A stretch of 56,974 nt of DNA. It comes from Basidiobolus meristosporus CBS 931.73. Taxonomy: Eukaryota; Fungi; Basidiobolomycota. The stretch's first letter is position 1; the number at the start of each line of letters is the position of its first letter. Shown piece after piece: positions 25,615 through 37,869 of the stretch. Position numbers and translations under genes: made by a program. The stretch is taken from contig MCFE01000570.1 of the NCBI GenBank assembly GCA_002104905.1, positions 1-56,974 on the forward strand, read 5' to 3'. The notes under the pieces are model-generated. The model saw only the letters and a program-made list of their open reading frames with translations, was not told the DNA's origin and did no database searches.

Positions 25615-27943
25615 ATGCTTGATACATCCACTCCACTTCAACCCACCTCCCCACTTCGCTTCGTGATGACCACATACAAGGACAAGATCATCCTCCGGGA
25701 TCTTATGGTCCAAACCACCTTGGGCGTGGATTCCTGGGAGCGTGAGAAGCCTCAGCCAGTCCTTCTGAACATTGTGTTGTTCACCAACGTCTCGAACGCC
25801 GGTGACCACGACAACTTGACCACCTCCATTCACTATGGTCACCTGTGTAAGGGTGTTCAGAAATTCGCCAAGGAGTCGAAGCACCGATCTATGGAAGCTT
25901 TCGCCAACGGAATTGCCCGGATTTGCTTGTACGACTTCAACGCCGCCATCGCTAACATTAAGGTGGAGAAGCCCAGGGCTTTGCTCAACGCCGACTCGGC
26001 TGGAGTTGAGATCACGCGCGTTAAATCGGACTTCGAGGATCTCTCGGAGGAGGAGAGACTCCAGGTGACTGAAGCCTTCAACCTACCTAACGACACCATA
26101 TTCGTTAAGAACCTAAGACTCAGCGCTATTATTGGGTGCAACCCTTGGGAAAGAGAACACAAACAGACCATTCTGTTGAACCTGGTCATCCATTCCGACC
26201 CTAAGTATCTTGGTACAAATATCGATCGCGTAGTGAAGCCTCACAATTACCTTACCATTGCCCGAGTGATCACCTCGCACGTAGAAGAGTCGGACTATAA
26301 AACTGTGGAGGCATTGTCAACTTCTGTTGCCAAGGTTGCGCTCGAACGATGCCATGTGCCTAGAATCACGGTCAAGGTTGAAAAACCTAGCGCCTTGATA
26401 TATGCTCAAGGCGCGGGAGTGGAGGTTACTCGGGACCAATCTGACTTCCCAGCGGAAATCAGCACCGATGCCCACTCTGAGGACACCCTAAGCACTCTCT
26501 ATCCCACCAAGGAGGAGCATGTCAGCATCCTTGCGGTTGGTACAAATCTTGGGGATCGAGTGGCAAATATCAAGTCCGCCTTGAAAGCCCTGCATGAGCA
26601 TCCTGATTGCCGGGTTGTCGACACCTCCTTCTTGTATGAAACCCCACCAATGTATCTAACTGAGCAACCACCCTTCCTCAACGGAGCCTGCAAGGTATTT
26701 CTCGTTGTCATTAATCTACCTGCCCATCAATTGCTAACCGGGCCATCATCCTTAGGTCTATACAAAGCTCAATCCCACCGACCTTTTGGCGCTCTGCAAG
26801 ACTATTGAGAAGGAAACTGGGAGAGTCCCAACAGTCCGCAACGGCCCTCGCGTCATCGACTTGGACATCTTGTTTTACGACAACTTGGAGTACAAATCCC
26901 CCACCCTGGAGATCCCCCATCCCCGCATCCAAGAGCGAGCATTTGTCTTGAAGCCACTCTGCGATATCGCCTCGGATCTGGAGCATCCCAAGCTATTCCG
27001 CACGTGTGGTCAATTGCTTTCTCAACTTGTCTATGTCCATCCTGAGGTCGACCAGGAGATCTTCAAGGTGATGCCTATTAGGGAGGCCCTTTGGAACTGG
27101 AACCAAAAAACCTATATCATGGGTATTCTCAACGTTACGCCCGACAGCTTCAGCGATGGCGGTCTACATAGCACCCTTGACACAGCTGTGCAGCATGCCG
27201 AGAAGCTGATTGAGGATGGAGCGGACATCATCGATGTTGGGGGCATGTCCACCCGCCCGGGGGCTGAGGAAATCACGGTCGAAGAAGAGATCAGAAGAGT
27301 GGTTCCGGTGATTAAAGCACTTCGTGAAAAGGGAGTCACCGCTCCCATCTCGGTAGATACCTACCGCGCAGAAGTCGCCGAGCGTGCGGTCGAAGCTGGT
27401 GCGGACCTGATTAACGATGTGTCCGGAGGGTCGTTGGATCCCAAGATGTTCGAAACGATGGCCAAGCTTAATGTCCCTGTGTGTCTGATGCACATGAGAG
27501 GCAACACCAAGACCATGGCCACCTTGACCGAGTACAAAAATAACGATGTGATCGCCGACATCGTTGGCAAGTTAACCGAAAGCATTCGTAGCTGTATTAG
27601 ATCCGGACTCTACCGTTGGAATATCATCCTGGACCCTGGGATCGGATTCGCCAAGAACTCCGAGCAGAACTTCCAGATCCTACGTCGCCTTCCCGATATC
27701 GTCAGCCCCGAAAGCACCCTGAATGGCTTCCCAACGCTGGTGGGGCCTTCCCGCAAGGGATTCATCGGTCAGGTGACCGACAGGTCAGACGCCAAACAAC
27801 GGGTCTGGGGGACCGCAGCTGCTTGCTCCGCCTCCATAGCCGGTGGCTCGAATCTCCTTCGCGTCCACGACGTTCAAGAGATGATCGACGTAGTGAAGGT
27901 ATCGGATGCAATCTGGAAGGCTGGAGCCGAGAAAAGCAACTGA
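25615..27943 (+). CDS. FOL1: Trifunctional folate synthesis protein (DHNA-DHNA-HPPK-DHPS), one intron 26695-26755
   Basis: Two FolB repeats (DKIILRDL...SIHYG...MEAFA...VEKP and DTIFVKNL...HNY...VEAL...VEKP). HPPK: LAVGTNLGDR, SFLYETPPMY, GPRVIDLDIL, PHPRIQERAFVLKPL. DHPS: MGILNVTPDSFSDGG, DIIDVGGMSTRPG, LDPGIGFAK, GPSRKGFIG, LLRVHDV. Confidence 0.97.
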
Positions 27944-28144
27944 TATTGGAAGCAGCACATTTATCGAACACGCTTAACCTGTATTGTATGGACATTTTAG
28001 AACACTGGCACTTACTGCCACTGCTACTGTTACACCTCAACACACCCACCCTCTCGTAAATAAACTACATATCTGCATTGAATTGAATCCATCTGAGGTC
28101 TTTAATAAATATTCGATGGTAGATATAGGGAACAGAATTGTTGG

Positions 28145-29143
28145 TTAATGGTCGGTCATCGGAGCTCTCCAGAGGGTTCGCTTTTGCGCTTTAGGTGGCT
28201 TTCTCACCAGAGTGACTCTGCCCCCGACCTTTGTTCCAAATGCCAGTACCACCGACTCCTCACCAGCGGTATTTCGCTTGCCAGCATTCCGTCTCTTCTC
28301 CCGCCTGGAAACCACCTCCTTCGCAAAGTTGTATCGGTCCATATCGGAGGGGATGTGTAGATTTTGGGATTCGATGGATCTCTTAAGCCAATCGAAGGGT
28401 AACTCCACGTATGCCTCAACAAGCGACAGGTAATTCTCGCTCTTCCCGCTGATGAAGGCCTCGGTCTGTTTGGGCAATGTCCCGGTTAGAAAGTCGAAGC
28501 AACTTTCTCGTATATCCGCGGTGTAGGCACCATAGCCGACTCCATCGGCTTGATCCACAAACTGCGTGTACGCTAGAACAGTTTGTCGGGAGATGTTCTT
28601 CTTGGCGACTTCGGTGGAAATAGCGCATAGGTCCTCTAGCTGTAATAAATATGCCGTAGCCAATACGTTCAATGCGTTTGTCGGGTTAATCTGAAGTTGC
28701 GGAAACCCGGCGTAAAGGTACCCAAGCGCTATCACCAACCCTTCATCCGAGATATTTGGGTCCTCCAGGTTCAGAATTAACTCGTGTGGATTGAGGGAAG
28801 TGGTTAATAAATGGTGGAAGAAGGGAGAACGTGCTAATACGAGTGAATGCAGCTTGTATACATTGTTGGCCGAGAACTTGGGTACATGCAATATGACGTC
28901 CGAAAAGGCTCCAGAGAGAAACCCGACTTGATAAAGGTGTGTGCAAATGGCATTATGCTGAGGGGAAAACCCCCGTTGACCGTTGAGACCGGATGACTGG
29001 GTATTCTCCTGTTCGGTATTGGCGGGATGGCCGTTTGTCAGATGCTTATTGACATGTACAATGTGATGACCATTTCCGTTAATTTGAGGTGATAGATTCA
29101 ACAAGGTCTTGGTTTCGCTTGACTGTCCGTTACCCTTAATCAT
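28145..29143 (-). CDS. BTB/POZ-domain protein (germ-cell-less/BTBD16-like fungal family)
   Basis: HLYQVGFLSGAFSDVILHV...YKLHSLVLARSPFFHHLL...LEDPNISDEGLVIALGYLY...NALNVLATAYLLQL. Intact 332-aa ORF. Confidence 0.85.
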   Translation of the reverse strand: MIKGNGQSSETKTLLNLSPQINGNGHHIVHVNKHLTNGHPANTEQENTQSSGLNGQRGFSPQHNAICTHLYQVGFLSGAFSDVILHVPKFSANNVYKLHSLVLARSPFFHHLLTTSLNPHELILNLEDPNISDEGLVIALGYLYAGFPQLQINPTNALNVLATAYLLQLEDLCAISTEVAKKNISRQTVLAYTQFVDQADGVGYGAYTADIRESCFDFLTGTLPKQTEAFISGKSENYLSLVEAYVELPFDWLKRSIESQNLHIPSDMDRYNFAKEVVSRREKRRNAGKRNTAGEESVVLAFGTKVGGRVTLVRKPPKAQKRTLWRAPMTDH

Positions 29144-32122
29144 TCTATCTAGTTTGTGAGAAAGTCTGTATCAGAACGCTAGCCAATGAACAGACCAAAA
29201 AAGACTCACTATAAGTAAGCCTGAAGCACCAACGAGAGATAAATAATTGGAAATCTCAGAGTCGTTCACCAGCAAATCACCCAGTTTGAGCAAGGTCTCT
29301 ATGAGTGAACTTTCAAAATACACACAACTACTTCATATTGGTAGGAATTTTATAGCAAACCAATTACGTGTCGGTGTTCCATCTAAACCCGGTATTAAAC
29401 TCCGAATATCATCTGGGAGGCTGAGCAATCACCAAGCACAAGGATGATTTGCTAGTCAACCCAGTGACTATTTTATTGCTATAAATGATATTCAGCAAAT
29501 TAGACACAGTTGAAGTCAAAGGAGCATATGAAGCTGGTACTCAATAATTCTAACGGAGCGAAGTTTGAGTGGGCACTCTCCAAACCTCCAACAGTGAATT
29601 TTGTCGGCACCTTTAATATGGTTTTGGGAACCCAGGCTGATGCCTCAAGTATAGCCATAGGAGAACTTGTGGATGGGATTCTTGCTTCTCCGACTTGTGT
29701 TGAACACACAACCCAAGATTTATGCGTCCAAGAAGAATCACTGAAAATTCCTAAATCGACATACTGTGTATCTTCCCTTAAAGCTCCATTAATGATAAAC
29801 GCCAGTTAAAAGCGCCTTGTAGAGCCTCCTAACCAACCCTTTTTCGTCTAGCTATACTGATTTACTTTGAGGAACAGGAATCTCAATCTTCAATCAGGCA
29901 CTCATAACATCACTCCCGTTGGTTTGTTTCGCTCACAAACCCCTATCGACATCATAAGAGAACAGTCTGCTGCTTTTCTACCCAAGCACTATCAGCTTTA
30001 GGGTATTCTTGTATTCTTCGCATCCACCGAAATAGGGTAATTGGTCGTGGGTGGCCTGATTCGTACGAACCCCAAAAACAGATTTGCAAACAAGCACTGA
30101 TTTCAGTAAGAATGATATTTGGAAGCTACCATTGGATTTTACCTTATTTTTATTTCACACTCAGTCATTACCTTCCGGCATTGATTCTGTTTCATCCACA
30201 ACTGCTAATCAGACCCTCATCCAGGTCTCTCAATCTAGAATCGTGTTAAACCATGAAGTCACAAGAAGCAGGTTTGAACCTACTTTGATCTAGCCACATT
30301 GTGGTCTAGCATAATGAGTTATTGAATCTCAATTGTAGCATAAAATGGCGACTAGGCCATATCATATATTATAATCATCGCAAGATACCAACTCTAACAG
30401 ACTCTCTAGCTTGGTGGTTAAACATTTGGTGACCTCTGTCAAACGTATTGATACCTTTCTGCAATCGTGGTGTGGCCAACAGTATATCTCGGCTTTCAAA
30501 ATCGGTTGGAATCTTGTTGGCGTCAGGAGAGGCCGATAATTGAATGGTTGCTATACACCTCAAGCATCATGGATTAGCATGCATTAATATTGCAGTGATT
30601 AAATATACAGTGCGGCAATAAGCTCGACAAGTAAAACGTTACACCAATCTTGATTTACTTCTCTCGACCACCATTGGGCCAGTGTTTAATTGATCAACCT
30701 CACAAACTCCTCGACAGTATGCATTCTCAAAGTGTAGAGGTAAACAAACAGGATGATACTCAGCCATCGGATTTGCTATACGGTTAAGAAGGCCAGGTAC
30801 TTAAATAGTGTGGTGAGTAGTGCATTGTTGTATTGTAAATTGTGAATGTATGCTAGTATTCTAATTCAAGAAAATGGAATCCATATCCGTTCTATTGATT
30901 CTAAAACCATGTATACACCCCAAACACAAGGGTTAAATAAACAACCAAAATCCAATAATGTATTTTCCTGCTGCGGATGTTTCAAACTCCATGGTGTGGT
31001 TCTAGAATGCTCTCAACCAGCATTTCTTTGAAGATCAGCGGAATCAATTTAGCGTAGCTTTGCTGATTGGTCATATAATATATTTATAATAGAACCTATT
31101 GGAAATACGCTTTTGGCTGCTCATTAGTAATATATATTAGGTGATACTCCTCATGACGCACAGCTGTAATTGTATATATGTATTCAGAGATTTTGTCATG
31201 TTGTATCAAGCTGGTATCACACGACAGTTAATGTTCCATACATTCTGGACTGAAATAGAAGGGATGACCGAATGTTTTTAAATAGGTAAACAGGTTTTAG
31301 CCTGGTTATCATAGGTTCCAAATGGAGGGTCTTATAGGTGCCCAACACGAGACTTCGACTCTCTCCGGACAGAATAATAAGGCTAATCCAGCTATCAGGG
31401 ACTATATCTGGAACTAGGGTAAGAATGCAGGGGAAGATGAGGCAGATGGTAGCGAAGGTGGGTTATATACTGCTGTTTAGATTGTTCTCCCCAACGGTTA
31501 ATAGCTAATTTTAGATCAGATGGTTGGTAATCATATGAGCGCCTGGTGAGGACCAAGTGGTATTTTGTTTATCCCTCGATTCTCTATCGCTTAGCAATAA
31601 CATGGAATTCTTATGCTCGTGAGGGGAGGTTAAGGTTTGTTTTGGTATGTTTGATACTTCGGGTTTTATTTGTTTGCCCCATTTTCCGATGCAAAAGTTT
31701 TGAAGTTTAAGAGTTGCGCGTTAAAGAGTATTATGACTCAACGGCCGTGAACTCTATATCGGTTTGTGATAGAATTGAGCTGTTGCCATTTTTATCTAGC
31801 CTAATAAAAGAATAATATTCTTAGCTAAGCCTCTTCTCCTCAATCATCTGATTGGAGTCCAGTCTTTGGTTCGAATAGTATATAAGCGATGCGTTGGTAT
31901 TTACATGATTCAAATATTCTCTCTACCTTTTCCCGTTATCTAACTAATTTAGGTAAGAGTCCTATGGTTCACTTCGAGAGTCCATATACGTAGAACTTGA
32001 GTACCTCGATAGTTTAAAGCGTGTATTGGTTGCCTCAATACTTTGACAAATGTGCCTGTTCCTCCCTGAGCATTAAGATTAATATTTTGTCTTTTTAGAG
32101 CCTGATTTGTGCTAATATTGTA

Positions 32123-33943
32123 ATGTCTACCGTTGCTGAAAACACTATAAAGCAGGAAGAGGTTCCTGTTATTGAGCAAGAAGCAACCATTTCCCCTGAG
32201 GAGCCTACACCATCGGTCGAGCCTGTTGCAGATGTTAAGGATGTTGTTACGGCCACCGAGGAACCAACCCCTACTGTCGAAGCCCCTCCCGTTGAGACGG
32301 AGGCTGAAGTACCCGTAAATGAAGATGTTACTCCCAATGAGAGTGCACCTGTGCCTGAGGTCGTTCCCACCGAAGAAGCTGTAGCTGCCGAAGCAACCGA
32401 AGCGGAGCCTACTGAGGTTATTCAGGATATCAAGAATGGTTCTCTCTTTAAGCGCGGCCCCAGACCCTTACGTTTGTGGAAAAACCGCTACTTTGCTTTC
32501 CACTCTGAAGCGATCCCACTTGAGCAATTGAGATTGGTCTCCAAAAAATACACTAAGGCTTTGTCCGCGAATAAGGAAGAGTTTGAGAAGGTCAACTCAT
32601 CTTTGTTCCATGATATTGCATCTGCTACCGTCTCTGGCGAGGGATTGTTACTGTATTACAAATCCTCCAATCCCGATCACGTTGAAGTCCCACTCGGAAT
32701 TGTTAATCTTAGCAATGTTGAATCTGTTTCCCCTATGAAGGCCAGTAAACCCCACGCCTTCTCCGTTAAAACCCAGAAAAGAGAGTATGTCTTGGCAGCT
32801 CATTCTGCTGACGAGGCCAAATCATGGGTTCATGCTATTCAGTCAAGAATCGACTCGCTCTCAAGCCTGCCCAACCCGGCTGAAGCTCCACAATACAAGG
32901 AGACTTACGACAAATTGGTCAGCCGTCAAGCATTTAACCCTAAAACTACACCTCCTCTTCCAACTGGCATCTTATCTGACAACGAGATCCTCTCCGGTTC
33001 GGATAACGAACCTGAAAATCGTGATGGCGAGCACCAAGCTACTCCTGATACCAAGGTGCCAGAGATCGCTCCTGAGGAACCAGTTGCGGAAGAAGTTCCT
33101 GTTGTTGCCGAAGCCCATGAGGCTCAACACGAGACATCCACATTGAAATCTCGATTCATTAACTTCAAATCAATGATCAACAAAAAAATTGAGAAGCAGC
33201 CTGAGGTTCCTGTTCCTGTTGAAGCACCCGAAGTACAGGAGCCAGCTTCCGAGCCAACTCCTGAAGCAGCTGAGAACGAAGCCACCGTAGCTGAAGAGCC
33301 AGTCAAGACTGAAGCACCTGTTGCTGATGGAAAGAAGGAAGAGCACCCAGTTCGACCCCTGTCATTCCACCTTCCTAAATTCTTCAAAGGCCTTATGAAA
33401 GAAGAGAAGCCTGAAGCCACCGCGGAACAAGCAGAAGCTCCTGCTATTGAAGTCGCTGCTGAAACCCCTATCGTTGAGGCCGCAGAAGAAACTCCGGAAA
33501 AGGCGACCGAGGAGCCCGAAACTACTCCCGAGCAACAGCCAGAAGTCACTCGACCTGAATCTCCCATCAGACGAACCATCTCCAATTTCCTTCATCTCAA
33601 GAAGGGTAAGCAAGTCGAGGTCCCACAAGACTCGGCTGAAGTGGAGATCCGCCCACCAGTCGCTGAAAATGACAATCTCGAGAAGCCATTGGAAATTGTG
33701 AATGATGTTGATGGAGAAGTTGCAGCTCAAAGCGGCGAGGATGTTGCCCAAACCTCAAACACGGAGCAGCCAGTCACCGAAGAAGCCGCTGAGAAGCCAA
33801 AGAAGCCTACCCTATTCAAAAGATTAAGCTCGATGGTACGCCCCATCGCTGCACCCAAAGCCCCTCAACCAGCTGAAGAGCCTATTCCTGAGGCCAACGG
33901 TGAGCAGCCTCCCGCTGTCAGCGAGCCCATTAAGGCCAACTAA
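32123..33943 (+). CDS. PH-domain protein with Glu/Pro/Ala-rich disordered flanks (Meu6/PH_6-like), single exon
   Basis: KNGSLFKRGPRPLRLWKNRYF...ASATVSGEGLLLYYK...VPLGIVNLSNVESV...HAFSVKTQKREYVLAAHSADEAKSWVHAI. Intact 606-aa ORF. Confidence 0.8.
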   Translation: MSTVAENTIKQEEVPVIEQEATISPEEPTPSVEPVADVKDVVTATEEPTPTVEAPPVETEAEVPVNEDVTPNESAPVPEVVPTEEAVAAEATEAEPTEVIQDIKNGSLFKRGPRPLRLWKNRYFAFHSEAIPLEQLRLVSKKYTKALSANKEEFEKVNSSLFHDIASATVSGEGLLLYYKSSNPDHVEVPLGIVNLSNVESVSPMKASKPHAFSVKTQKREYVLAAHSADEAKSWVHAIQSRIDSLSSLPNPAEAPQYKETYDKLVSRQAFNPKTTPPLPTGILSDNEILSGSDNEPENRDGEHQATPDTKVPEIAPEEPVAEEVPVVAEAHEAQHETSTLKSRFINFKSMINKKIEKQPEVPVPVEAPEVQEPASEPTPEAAENEATVAEEPVKTEAPVADGKKEEHPVRPLSFHLPKFFKGLMKEEKPEATAEQAEAPAIEVAAETPIVEAAEETPEKATEEPETTPEQQPEVTRPESPIRRTISNFLHLKKGKQVEVPQDSAEVEIRPPVAENDNLEKPLEIVNDVDGEVAAQSGEDVAQTSNTEQPVTEEAAEKPKKPTLFKRLSSMVRPIAAPKAPQPAEEPIPEANGEQPPAVSEPIKAN

Positions 33944-34356
33944 GCGTACCAATTGGTAGACATCGTTGTTATAGCTGCCCCCTTTAATCCTTCTTTTCAT
34001 GTATACATCTCGTATACTATTGATTTTCATTCAAGTTTTGGCAAAACCCTATTTTATTCCAGTAATCCCCCATCAATATGATTCTTACCTACAACTGTAT
34101 GTACAAATAAATCTGATCATGATTTACAAGAACACAAATATGACCAAAGTAAACGGTTTTGCGGTTATGTTGCTAGCGAAAATGTTCAAGCCGACTTCGG
34201 CACTTGTGTACCGGTGCCAAGAATAATGGAATATCAATTATTCGACTAATACCATGCATCTTCTCGATTTGGAACGTTGGTGATCAGGTGATTTCTAGAT
34301 AAAGTGGTTTTAAGCCTGAAAGGAGGGCTTTCTCACAAGGGAGGGTTCTTTTCATC

Positions 34357-35763
34357 ATGTATACCTATACCAAACTGAATCCGAAGTCGACAAGCTATGA
34401 GTTTATGGGCCCACCAGGCGCCATATTGGTCATTACTCTCTGCAACGTATTGGTTTACTTTCTGTACCTGGTTTGCAACGAAGATGGCTGCCCACCCAAG
34501 TGGTTCTGGAATTTCAGCCCCGAGACTTTTTTGGCTTACACCAGCAAGTTGACCTTCTTTGAATGCTCTACTTTGTGCGTTTACGTCGGTTGGATCGCAT
34601 ATCTTGCCCTTCTATACTTTATTATTCCCTGTGAGGAGCGTGAGGGAACTCAGCTAAGAAATGGTCAAACTCTCAAGTACAAGATCAACGGTATAGCATG
34701 TTTTCTTTGACCTACTTTTTCATCCAGCTAACACTTATCATCTTGGAAGCTTTTAAGTCTCTGTTGGTCACCCTCTCCTTGGTCATCCTTACTCTATTCG
34801 TCTACGGGCCCGCTCCTTTTGTATTTATTAGCGACCATTTTCTCTCGCTCACCACTGCAGGAGTGATCATCTCCACGACCCAAGCCTTCTATCTTTATCT
34901 CTCTTCTTTTGTTGGAGATAAGCTATTGGCACTTGGTGGTAACTCTGGCAATGTTGTTTACGACGTAAGTTGAGTTTTATTGGCACCGATGTCTCTGAAC
35001 CGTCCTCTAATCCGACGCTTAGTTTTTCATTGGGCGCGAGTTGAATCCTCGTATCGGCTCACTAGATCTCAAGTATTTCTGTGAACTTCGACCCGGCCTT
35101 ATCGGGTGGATAATGCTGAACTTCTCCATGGCAGTCAAGCAGTACGTAACTTACGGAAAAGTCACGGACTCCATGCTCTTGGTGTTGCTCCTCGAAGGCT
35201 ATTATGTTACTGAGTCTCTTTACAACGAGGCCAAAGTACTGACTACCATGGACATCACCACTGATGGGTTTGGATGGATGCTGAGCTTTGGAGATCTGGC
35301 ATTGGTGCCATTTACCTATTCACTTCAGGCGCGGTATCTAGCCAGCCACCCAATAGAGATCGGAGCATTCTGGAGCTCCCTGATTGTCTGTACCAAGCTA
35401 CTTGGATATTACATCTTCCGTAGTGCCAACAATGAGAAGAACGAGTTCCGCAAGAACCCAGACTCCCCCGGAGTGAAGCACCTGAAGTACATGAAGACCG
35501 AAGCTGGTTCCAAATTAATCATTTCCGGATGGTGGGGGATGTCCAGACACATCAATTATTTCGGTGATTGGCTCATGTCACTCGCCTGGTGTTTGCCCAC
35601 TGGCTTCAACACAGTTTTCACCTACTACTACGCTATCTTCTTTGCCGTGTTGCTCATCCATAGATCACTTAGAGATGACCACAAGTGCAAGCAGAAGTAC
35701 AAGAAGGATTGGGACAGGTATTGCGAAATCGTCCCATACAAGATCATTCCTTACGTCTATTAA
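34357..35763 (+). CDS. ERG24: Delta(14)-sterol reductase, two introns
   Basis: [114 protein letters not shown]. Confidence 0.96.
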
Positions 35764-35868
35764 TGAGCCAATAAAACACTCGGGATTCTCGGGGTTTATT
35801 AGAAGTGATATCAATTTGTACAGTAAACGGCGGATTTCATTTAAGGTGAGCAGATGCTTTAGTTAGCT

Positions 35869-37386
35869 CTACTGGTTCATGAAAAACTCCCGCATCTTAT
35901 CACACGTCTCGTTGGTACAGCCTGGGCAACAAAGGGGGAATTGTGGCGAGTGCAGGGTTCCCTTCTCCAAGTTCTCCTTCACTACCTCAGCCATGGCCTC
36001 CACGAACAGTGGCGAGTCGTTTAGAGATTCGGCCCTTTTGATGCCAGTAATGCCCAGCTATTTGAAGGAGGCAGGGTTGATTAATGAGTGGACAAGGAAT
36101 GGCCGATGAAGCGATGAAATACAAACCTTTTTTGCCTCTTCGCAATATTCATGATCCAATTCATACAAGGTCTCGATGTGATCCGAGGTAAATGCAATGG
36201 GGACAAGCAGCACGTTCTTCTGCCCTTGCTTGGCAAGGCCTTTCAAAGCGTCGTTTGTTTGTGGGCCTAGCCAGGCAGAGGGCCCAACTTGGGATTGCCA
36301 GACTAACCTGTATGGATTGCTATAACCTAAGCTGGCCATAACCCTGTCTACGGTAGCCGCCACCTCGGCAGGGTAGGGGTCACCTCGATTGACGGTGGCC
36401 ATGGGCAAAGAGTGGGCCGAGAACAGGATCACTACCTTGCTACGCTCCTCTTCTGAGTATTCTTTCAGTGATGCTTGAACACGGTCAGTAAATGCCTTAG
36501 TATACGGTTAGATCCATGTTTCATTGAAGTAACAAACAGTAGCACAGCACATACTTCAATCAATTTAGGGTGGGTGGACCATCTGTCTATAAGGCTCCAC
36601 TTGATGGTACCATCTCTATCTAGCGTCTGAAGTTTTCTGTATAGCTCGTTCAAATTACTACCAGTAGTAGTGCACGAATATTGCGGATACTGTGTGAATG
36701 CAACGACTCTACGCACGCCGTCTTTTTTGATCTCTTCTAGGGCATTCTCGGTTAGCGGAGCGGCATATCGAAATCCAATGTAGGATTTATGTGGAGCTTG
36801 TTAAACCACGAGTTACTACTGGTTCTTATTAATCAAACCTCGCCTCAATTCCAGTTACCTGTGTTGGGGGAGATTTTATCTAGCAACTGCTCCATAAGTC
36901 TGCCTTGCTTTTGCGTCCAGCTACGGATTGGAGAGCCACCGCCGATAGCGTCGTACTGGTCAACGATCTTGGGAGTACGTCTTTTCGCGATGAGTGGAGC
37001 AAGTACAGACTGGAACGGGAGCGGGATAATATCCGAGTCCGAAAAGAGTCTAGTCAAGAAATCCTCCACTTCAGTTAATTTCGAAGGCCCACCCATGTTC
37101 ATCAGTAGCACACCAGTGGCACTGTTATAGAAGAATGGGTTAAGGAAATCGGAAAGGCACTGCAGTTGACTGCCAACTTACGGCTTGACGTCGCTGGCTG
37201 TGGAAGGGCTCAAAACCTTTTCACTTGAACCATCTGTGGTTAAGGAACGAGAGAGGAGAGCTTTGGTGCTGAAACCTAAGGTGAAGGATTAGTTGGTGTT
37301 GGTAAATGAGCAACGGAGTAGCCTTTACCATTAAAGCCAGCTCTATTTCTCAAGCTTCCACGTAGGCAATTCTTCAACAGGGACAT
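35869..37386 (-). CDS. HEM15: Mitochondrial ferrochelatase, multi-exon, [2Fe-2S] type
   Basis: [62 protein letters not shown]...[33 protein letters not shown]-terminal [11 protein letters not shown]. Confidence 0.96.
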
Positions 37387-37869
37387 GATTTTGATGGGCC
37401 AGGAGTACCAACGATGGCTCTATATACCAGGGAAATTTTGTTATTAGTCCAATAAGAAGGGAGTTTGATCTTTAATCATATCCCATTTAGAACGATTTCA
37501 CAATTTCACCCAACTTGTCATATCTTGAATCGGTGTGTTAGTAATATATCTTTGATGTGGGGAAGAGCATGATTGATGATCGTTCTGTTTGTATTGGTTC
37601 TTCAGGCTGAGGCGGTATTCGAATCTGAGTGAATGCATTTATAAATCGAAGCGAAAATGTATACAAATCGGACCGGGTGTGTAGCAACGTAGTTCGAAAT
37701 GCTGTGGGGTTCCGGAGGTTTACTTCTATATAAAGTGAATCCAGCAACCGGAGTTACCACATTAGCCAACGAGATTTTGCTTAGTCATTTATTAAGGATC
37801 AGGTGATTTGAGGATTAAGGTTACAATCAAGCTAGCCAAACAATCGAGTTGTGGATATGTTGTTGACAG

